NCBI GenBank assembly: GCA_964426185.1
Contig: CAYRPF010000116.1
Coordinates: forward strand, 1 to 6,069
Direction of reading: 5' to 3'
Length of the DNA: 6,069 bases
Origin: an uncultured archaeon
Lineage (GTDB): Archaea > Asgardarchaeota > Lokiarchaeia > Sigyniarchaeales > Promethearchaeaceae
Positions 1-5,349 of the stretch are shown piece by piece; position 1 is the first letter of the stretch; every line of letters starts with the position of its first letter. Position numbers and translations under genes: made by a program. Below the pieces are notes generated by a model, which was not told the DNA's origin, ran no database searches, and saw only the letters and a program-made list of their open reading frames with translations.

Positions 1-69
1 TGAAAAAAGAAAAATGAGATATCTTCTAATTTATCCTTCGACTTGAAAATTCATCGATATTTCAAATTT

Positions 70-104
70 AAAAAAAAATTCCAGAAGAATGATTTCTTCT
101 GGAA
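70..104 (-). terminator. Intrinsic-terminator-like hairpin with U-tract, minus orientation
   Basis: Perfect 11-bp inverted repeat TTCCAGAAGAA (79-89) / TTCTTCTGGAA (94-104) with a 4-nt loop, abutting an A9 run (70-78) that reads as U9 3' of the stem on the minus strand. Confidence 0.6.
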
Positions 105-187
105 ATTCAGGCAGCTATTGGAACTTTTGTCTTTTTGCTGGCCACTCAAGATAATTTCAAATTTATTATCTCTAGTTATATCTGCCC
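70..187 (-). ncRNA. Candidate structured small RNA (unassigned family)
   Basis: Minus strand: GGGCAG (187-182) can pair with CUGCCU (114-109), enclosing a 12-bp hairpin (176-165 with 155-144, one mismatch, one G-U). It is followed directly by the terminator hairpin. No convincing minus-strand ORF and no recognised Rfam consensus. Confidence 0.25.
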
Positions 188-239
188 TTCAAAGAAAGTA
201 AAATATTGGTTGTTAGCATATTCGACAAAATAAATTTAT

Positions 240-276
240 TGAGAAAAACATTGGAATTACTCCCAATATTTTCTCA
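240..276. repeat. Imperfect inverted repeat upstream of the aminotransferase promoter
   Basis: TGAGAAAA (240-247) / TTTTCTCA (269-276) plus inner ATTGG (250-254) / CCAAT (263-267). Confidence 0.5.
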
Positions 277-327
277 TTTATCTCTTAATTAAGTATCCCA
301 ATACGTTCCCACAAATGGGTTGATAAC

Positions 328-335
328 TTTAAATA
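328..335 (+). promoter_or_regulatory. Archaeal TATA box, probable leaderless transcript
   Basis: TTTAAATA lies at -29 to -22 relative to ATG 357, which puts the transcription start at or near the ATG. There is no SD motif before 357. Confidence 0.55.
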
Positions 336-356
336 TTTTTCGCCTTTACAATCCCT

Positions 357-1526
357 ATGAAAGAACTCTCACATGCTGTATTAAATTCAAAGAAATCCAA
401 AATTCGAAAATTATTCGATATGCTTTTACAATCAGGTCCAGAAGCCATATCTTTCGGTATTGGACAAACCGATTTTACCACCCCTCCGTTTATTTACGAT
501 GGAATAATTCAAGCTTTACGCAATCAAAAAACATTGTATGCTCCCGCTTTGGGAATCCCTCAATTGAGGGAAGCAGTTGCAGAAAAATTCCAAAAAGAAA
601 ACCACCTTTCTTGGGTTAAACCAGAAAACATAATCATTACGAATGGTGGTAGCCAAGCATTAACCCTTGTTTTTGCTATACTTTCAAATCCTGGAGATGA
701 AATGATTCTTTCCAGTCCTAACTTCATATCATATTATTATTTAGCTGATTACTTTCAAATGAAATGCGTTGAAGTCCCACGTAATGAAGACTATTCACCA
801 AATATTGAAGCGATCAAAGAGAAAATTACTCCTAAGACTAAATTCATTCTTATTAACTCACCCAATAATCCAACAGGCTACGTATATAAGGAAGAGGTAA
901 TGAAAGCGATTGTAGATTTAGTGCGAGATAATGATTTATATTTAGTTAGCGATGAAGTTTACGAAAAATTCTTGTATAATCAAGCAGTCCACATTAGTCC
1001 TGCATCTTTTCCTGGCATGGCTGAGCGTACAATCACGTTAAATGCTCTAAGTAAATCGTTTGGTGCAACTGGATTACGTTGTGGATATATTGCAGCCAGT
1101 CAACCCATAATTTTAAATATGGAAAAATATATTCAATATACTACAGCAGGAGTAAATCATCCGGTTCAATATGGTGCTGTAAGAGCGCTTAAACAAAGTG
1201 AAAAGATGGATTTTCCCTCAATAGTTGAGCGTTACAACCATAAACGAGAATTCTGTATTAAACGTTTACGAGATTTAAAATTTGAAGTAGTAGAACCTCA
1301 AGGTGCATTTTATATAATGCCGAAGCTTAATCCTGCTTGGGGTATAACGGCGGATGAATTTTCGGAAGAGTTAGTTAAGGAACAGAAGGTTGCATGTGTT
1401 TCTGGAACTGCCTTTGGCTCATTTTCGGAAAATTCATTACGTATTTCTTACGCAACAACCGATGAAAAATTGGAAGAAGGTTTCAACCGCATTAAAAAAT
1501 TCTTAAAGAAACGAAATTTGATATAA
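357..1526 (+). CDS. Pyridoxal-phosphate-dependent aminotransferase, class I/II (AspAT/aromatic aminotransferase-like), 389 aa
   Basis: Motifs GIGQTDF, YAPALGIPQLR, TNGGSQAL, LINSPNNPTG, SDEVYEKF, NALSKSFGATGLRCGY (PLP lysine K233, nt 1053-1055), PQGAFY and LRISYA. Confidence 0.96.
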   Translation: MKELSHAVLNSKKSKIRKLFDMLLQSGPEAISFGIGQTDFTTPPFIYDGIIQALRNQKTLYAPALGIPQLREAVAEKFQKENHLSWVKPENIIITNGGSQALTLVFAILSNPGDEMILSSPNFISYYYLADYFQMKCVEVPRNEDYSPNIEAIKEKITPKTKFILINSPNNPTGYVYKEEVMKAIVDLVRDNDLYLVSDEVYEKFLYNQAVHISPASFPGMAERTITLNALSKSFGATGLRCGYIAASQPIILNMEKYIQYTTAGVNHPVQYGAVRALKQSEKMDFPSIVERYNHKREFCIKRLRDLKFEVVEPQGAFYIMPKLNPAWGITADEFSEELVKEQKVACVSGTAFGSFSENSLRISYATTDEKLEEGFNRIKKFLKKRNLI

Positions 1527-1528
1527 AC

Positions 1529-1549
1529 TTCTTTTTCTTTTTTCTGTTT
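1529..1549 (+). terminator. U-rich tract (archaeal-type termination signal)
   Basis: TTCTTTTTCTTTTTTCTGTTT starts 3 nt after the TAA of the aminotransferase. Confidence 0.45.
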
Positions 1550-1558
1550 GGCAATTTT

Positions 1559-1566
1559 GGAGGTGA
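1559..1566 (+). promoter_or_regulatory. Shine-Dalgarno site for the small Cys-rich ORF
   Basis: GGAGGTGA is a full match to the anti-SD, with a 7-nt spacer before the in-frame ACG at 1574. Confidence 0.7.
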
Positions 1567-1573
1567 ATATCTA

Positions 1574-1783
1574 ACGACTAATCCAAAAAGGCATAAAATT
1601 TGCAAGTGGTACCAAGTATGTCCAATAAAATATTATACAGATGAGGGAAAATTACCGCAAAAATGGGTAGATTCATACTGCTTGCAGGATAATAAGAATT
1701 GTGTTCGATATCAATTAGAAGAAAAGGGTATCCCTCATTCAGATAAGATGCTTCCTGATGGCACCATTGATGATTTGCTTTAA
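1574..1783 (+). CDS. Small four-cysteine putative metal-binding protein, 69 aa, not in the ORF track; start codon ACG
   Basis: Manual translation: (M)TNPKRHKICKWYQVCPIKYYTDEGKLPQKWVDSYCLQDNKNCVRYQLEEKGIPHSDKMLPDGTIDDLL*, followed by a second TAA. Pattern C-x5-CP-x17-YC-x6-CxRY...HxDxMLPDG, which I recall from small proteins of anaerobes often auto-labelled 'uracil-DNA glycosylase' (not verified). It has a perfect SD and fills the gap between two co-oriented genes. Confidence 0.8.
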   Translation, partial: TTNPKRHKICKWYQVCPIKYYTDEGKLPQKWVDSYCLQDNKNCVRYQLEEKGIPHSDKMLPDGTIDDLL

Positions 1784-1843
1784 TAAATTTATCCGAAGGT
1801 TGATAATTCACCAGCCCTTTTATTTAAATTAGATGATTAAACA

Positions 1844-3154
1844 ATGAAAGGATTGGTGCTCTTCGGTTATGCAAAACCAAATCGTTATTCTTGGGCAGTC
1901 TTGATGGGGTATTTAGAGCACGATTCTACTATTTGCGATCATTATGATTTTCTACCATTATCTTTTCAGCTTTATCAAGGTCCGCAGCATAAGAAAGAAT
2001 TGGCAGAAATTTCATTCCAGAAATATGATATTATTCTCCTTGCCTATTCCTTACTGACCATTCAAATCCCACAATTTACTGAATTCAATCAAAATTATCC
2101 CAATTTCTATTCACAATGGCATCCAAACATTATATCTGTCGTTGGAGGACCTCATCCAACGGCAAAGCCGCAAGATTTTAGCTTCGGTTCTAACCAAGTG
2201 GATTTCATTATTCCAAATGAGGGTGAACGAGCTTTTCAAGAGTTATTAATGGCACTTATTTCTCAAAAACCGGATGATATTGATGTTGGCCGACTTAACG
2301 GAGTAGCAAGAGGAAAATCTTTCTATATTCCTTCAAAACCACCAATATTGCATAAATTAGGGACATCTCCATCATTTTCTCCGAAATTTCGATTATTCGG
2401 GCCTATTGAAATTAGCCGAGGCTGCCCTTTTCGCTGTAAGTTCTGCCAAACAGGAAATACATCCCAAAAAATGCGGCATGCTCCCTTAGAGCAAATAATT
2501 CACTGGGTTCAGCTTGGGGCTCAAATAAAATATGATAAATTATGGTTCTTAACTCCAAATGCTTTTGCTTACGGTTCTAAAAACGGTGTAACCCCTAATG
2601 TTGAAATGTTATATCAACTTCTCTCTCAAGTTTCTTCTATACAAAGGATTAAAGGTTTATACTTTGGAACATTTCCTTCTGAAGTTCGACCAGAATCTGT
2701 AACAGATGAAGTTATGGAAACAATAGAGCCCTTTTTGGCGAATAGAAAAATTTTATTGGGGGCACAAACAGCTTCAAATAGATTACTGAAATTAATATCC
2801 CGGGGGCATACCATTGAACATATTTATCAAGCAGTTGAAATTTTGCAAAAATACGATTTCAAATGTGAAATTGATTTTATTTTCGGACTTCCGGGAGAAA
2901 ATAAAGAAGATATTGAAGCCACCATCAATTTTTTTGAAGATGTCTTAAATAATAGGTTAAAAAATGTTAAAATTCATACTCACACTTTTATGCCTCTTCC
3001 AGGTACTCCATTCGAAAATGAACCGAAGGGAAGAATTGACCCCAAAATTCTCGAAATTGTAGGAAAAATGGCAAAACAAGGAAAAGCTTATGGTGAACAC
3101 CAAGCTCAGGCTGGTTTAATCCCTACAAAATTTACTCATGAAAAAGAAATTTAA
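1844..3154 (+). CDS. B12-binding domain / radical SAM protein, MJ1487 (TIGR04013)-like family, 436 aa
   Basis: N-terminal cobalamin-binding-type segment (VVGGPHPT, DFIIPNEGE). PIEISRGCPFRCKFCQT carries the CxxxCxxC motif (nt 2423-2446). Family-typical YFGTFPSEVRPE, GAQTAS, RGHT, DFIFGLPGE and IHTHTFMPLPGTP are present. Confidence 0.9.
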   Translation: MKGLVLFGYAKPNRYSWAVLMGYLEHDSTICDHYDFLPLSFQLYQGPQHKKELAEISFQKYDIILLAYSLLTIQIPQFTEFNQNYPNFYSQWHPNIISVVGGPHPTAKPQDFSFGSNQVDFIIPNEGERAFQELLMALISQKPDDIDVGRLNGVARGKSFYIPSKPPILHKLGTSPSFSPKFRLFGPIEISRGCPFRCKFCQTGNTSQKMRHAPLEQIIHWVQLGAQIKYDKLWFLTPNAFAYGSKNGVTPNVEMLYQLLSQVSSIQRIKGLYFGTFPSEVRPESVTDEVMETIEPFLANRKILLGAQTASNRLLKLISRGHTIEHIYQAVEILQKYDFKCEIDFIFGLPGENKEDIEATINFFEDVLNNRLKNVKIHTHTFMPLPGTPFENEPKGRIDPKILEIVGKMAKQGKAYGEHQAQAGLIPTKFTHEKEI

Positions 3155-3192
3155 CTTAATATACTTATATCAACACATTCAAATTCTTCTAC

Positions 3193-3227
3193 GGTTAATT
3201 TTATTTATACTCAGAAATGAATTAACC
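3193..3227. repeat. Intergenic inverted repeat (terminator or operator candidate)
   Basis: GGTTAATT (3193-3200) / AATTAACC (3220-3227), extendable inward via ATTT/AAAT. It ends 1 nt before a TATA-like box. Confidence 0.45.
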
Positions 3228-3228
3228 C

Positions 3229-3236
3229 TTTAAATT
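3229..3236 (+). promoter_or_regulatory. Archaeal TATA-like box for the 696-aa ORF
   Basis: TTTAAATT lies at -30 to -23 relative to ATG 3259, nearly the same spacing as the box before ATG 357. Confidence 0.45.
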
Positions 3237-3258
3237 ATTCGGGAGATTATTTGGAGAA

Positions 3259-5349
3259 ATGACGGTTATTATCGCACAAGATGAAAAAGAAACATCTACA
3301 TTAACTAAAGCTTTAGAGAAATTAGAGAAGAAAGATGACCATTTTTTAAAAATCGCTGAAGATTCCCAAAATAATATTCTAATTATAGTTGATATCCCTG
3401 GTTTAATTGGATACCCATGGTCTGTTCAGAAAGATACCCTTATTAATTTTTTAAGGTGGTTGAAGGAAAAGGGTGCAAAATCCATCTCAATATTTCCCAC
3501 TTTGCCTCCCAATTATCGATTTAAAACAGTTTTATCGGATCTTGGACTTTTTTCAGCACTCCAAAGAGAAAAGATTCATATAATTGAGCCTACCTTGGAA
3601 TTACCAGAAAAAAAGACTAATAATCTTGCCACATCAATAACTTCCTTTCCTTTTTCGCATGTTTTCGTAATTACTCAAGTAGGTTTAATTGATGAGAAAA
3701 ACCTGTGGACTGGCTCAGTATTGTTCATGAACTTATTACTCCAATGGAGCTCCTTTGTAGATATACTTAAGAATACAGAAAATAAACTTGAAGATTCTAT
3801 AAAAATCGCAAAAAGACCAAAAGATTCAGAAAATCAGATAACTTTGACTGATTTAGAAGATAATAAAGCATTAAAATGGATTTGGAATTGGGTGAGAAAT
3901 TTACTTCCCGAAACTAACCATTCATTTCCGAATATCTTTAGGGATGCCCCAGTTTCAGACGAATTTGCAACATATTTTATTAGTTTGGCATTTAAATGCG
4001 GTTTTAAAAATACTTGGTGGTATAATCCTTCTCTAATACCATTTTCTCCCAAATTGATTTTTGTATCTAATTCTTTCCCAGAAATTGAAACATTAACCTA
4101 TCAATATTTAGCAATGGATCCACTAAATGGAATATTGTCGAACTATTTTACTGTTCTTTTATCTGGATTAGATAATATTGAAGTGGTTGAGTCAGGTGAA
4201 TCTACTCTACAAGCATTTGAGCCACCGGAATTAAATCAGTTAAACTTAGAACCGATTCTCCCCATTGAAATATATATGGGGAAAATTTCAGAGGAAATAA
4301 AGATTTATTCAATGCTTTTGAAGGGACTACTCCAATCTCTTCTTTATGAGGATTTTTCGCAAGTAAAAAAAATCGCATTATTGATGGGAAAAAACCCGCC
4401 AGAACCTGAAAATGCAGATTGGATATTAATTTTTGGAGATGACGCAATAGAAACCACACTTCAAGCGCCTTTTATTTATCTAAACAAGAATTTGCTCCCG
4501 AAAGAACCATTTATGGTCATGGAATTTGAAATTGGTGGTAAAAGCATTTTATCAGACGATGAAATTGATCGCGAAATCCTAAAAAAACAGAGAAAGTTAA
4601 GGGCAAAGATTGAGAAATTAGAAGAAAAATTAACACTTTTTCAAAATTCCCTTTCAGAAAAAGATTTGGAAGAAGAAAAAAACTTGCTCATATTAGAAGC
4701 AAAAAAGAAAACAGCCCATAAAATTCAAAAAATCCGCACTAAGATTGAAAAAACCCAATATCAAGTAAGAATGAATAATGAAATTCGGAAAATTAAACAG
4801 CAGAGACCAAAATTAGTCCCTAATCCAAATATAATTCGAATTCCTACAGCGGGGATGTTCGGACTTGATTTCCTTAAGTTTCTTCAAACACAATGGTCCA
4901 AAAAGCAAGCTCCCGCGTTAAACATGGCAATATTTCAATTAAATCCTTACTATCAATTTCCTACCGTTCAGAAAAAATGGCAGAAGAACTTGCTGATAGA
5001 AATAAAAACTGCTTTAGAGACAACTATGCAAGAAATTACTGATCCATTACTTCCACAAATAAACAAGAAACTTAAGCAGATAAATAATGAATATCAAAAA
5101 AAGATTGCCGAATTGAAAAAGTGGGAGATTCTTACTCAAAAAAAAATAGAAACAGACTTTGAACCAAAAATAAAGGCTGCCAAAATTGCCTTAGAAAAAC
5201 TGAAAAAAGAGAAAAAAAGAGAACAAAAATTGAGAATGAAAGAAAAATTCAAAAAGATTTATTTTCTGAAAGGAAAATCGACTCAGAAAGAAGAAATGAA
5301 AGAAAGTATGAATCCAGAATCAATTGAGGTGAATAATAATGAAGAATGA
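3259..5349 (+). CDS. Hypothetical protein, 696 aa: degenerate DUF362-like N-terminal region plus two long Lys/Glu-rich coiled coils
   Basis: Long uninterrupted ORF. ILIIVDIP...YPWSVQKDTLINFLRWLKEKGAKSISI and KLIFVSNSFPEIETLTYQYLAMDP resemble DUF362 segments (VLIKPN...TT.P.V...L...GA..I; LIAS.DPVA.D......MG.DP). Charged helical tracts at about aa 433-515 and 569-666. The CDS itself is secure; the family call is by eye. Confidence 0.7.
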   Translation: MTVIIAQDEKETSTLTKALEKLEKKDDHFLKIAEDSQNNILIIVDIPGLIGYPWSVQKDTLINFLRWLKEKGAKSISIFPTLPPNYRFKTVLSDLGLFSALQREKIHIIEPTLELPEKKTNNLATSITSFPFSHVFVITQVGLIDEKNLWTGSVLFMNLLLQWSSFVDILKNTENKLEDSIKIAKRPKDSENQITLTDLEDNKALKWIWNWVRNLLPETNHSFPNIFRDAPVSDEFATYFISLAFKCGFKNTWWYNPSLIPFSPKLIFVSNSFPEIETLTYQYLAMDPLNGILSNYFTVLLSGLDNIEVVESGESTLQAFEPPELNQLNLEPILPIEIYMGKISEEIKIYSMLLKGLLQSLLYEDFSQVKKIALLMGKNPPEPENADWILIFGDDAIETTLQAPFIYLNKNLLPKEPFMVMEFEIGGKSILSDDEIDREILKKQRKLRAKIEKLEEKLTLFQNSLSEKDLEEEKNLLILEAKKKTAHKIQKIRTKIEKTQYQVRMNNEIRKIKQQRPKLVPNPNIIRIPTAGMFGLDFLKFLQTQWSKKQAPALNMAIFQLNPYYQFPTVQKKWQKNLLIEIKTALETTMQEITDPLLPQINKKLKQINNEYQKKIAELKKWEILTQKKIETDFEPKIKAAKIALEKLKKEKKREQKLRMKEKFKKIYFLKGKSTQKEEMKESMNPESIEVNNNEE
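5326..5332 (+). promoter_or_regulatory. Shine-Dalgarno site inside the 3' end of the 696-aa ORF
   Basis: GAGGTGA with a 6-nt spacer before ATG 5339. Confidence 0.7.

Noticed and set aside
89-125. SECIS-like ATGA-N10-AAA pattern
   Set aside because: No downstream strand complements TTTCTTCTGG (its partner is upstream, in the terminator hairpin), and no gene here has a credible in-frame Sec TGA. Read-through of TGA 5347 would add only six more codons.
109-187. Resemblance to a c-di-GMP-I riboswitch (GGCA...GCAAA...GCUGCC) or a box C/D RNA (CUGA near 110-107) on the minus strand
   Set aside because: The GNRA tetraloop/receptor and second stem are absent and there is no acceptable C box. Kept only as an unassigned structured-RNA candidate.
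1-201. Possible end of an upstream gene (...KKEK*, TGA at 15-17) and a 52-codon TTG ORF at 43-201
   Set aside because: Too little sequence to support the first. The second runs through the A9 tract and hairpin and has no SD or motif.
320-619. 99-aa + strand ORF from the track
   Set aside because: Out-of-frame shadow over the well-supported aminotransferase. It starts upstream of the TATA box and has no motifs.
1493-1576. -1 frameshift fusing the aminotransferase to the Cys4 domain (the -1 frame is open from 1496; T AAA AAA and C TTA AAG are present)
   Set aside because: The heptamers are non-canonical, the linker would read through the U-tract as NFFFFFLFG, and a dedicated SD explains the small ORF more simply.
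1578-1811. 77-aa minus-strand ORF from the track
   Set aside because: Antisense to the Cys4 ORF, which has a perfect SD, a patterned motif and the same orientation as its neighbours.
2626-2814. 62-aa minus-strand ORF
   Set aside because: Lies wholly antisense within the radical SAM domain.
3834-4459. Minus-strand ORFs 3834-4052 and 4202-4459
   Set aside because: Short antisense shadows within the 696-aa CDS, with no recognisable motifs.
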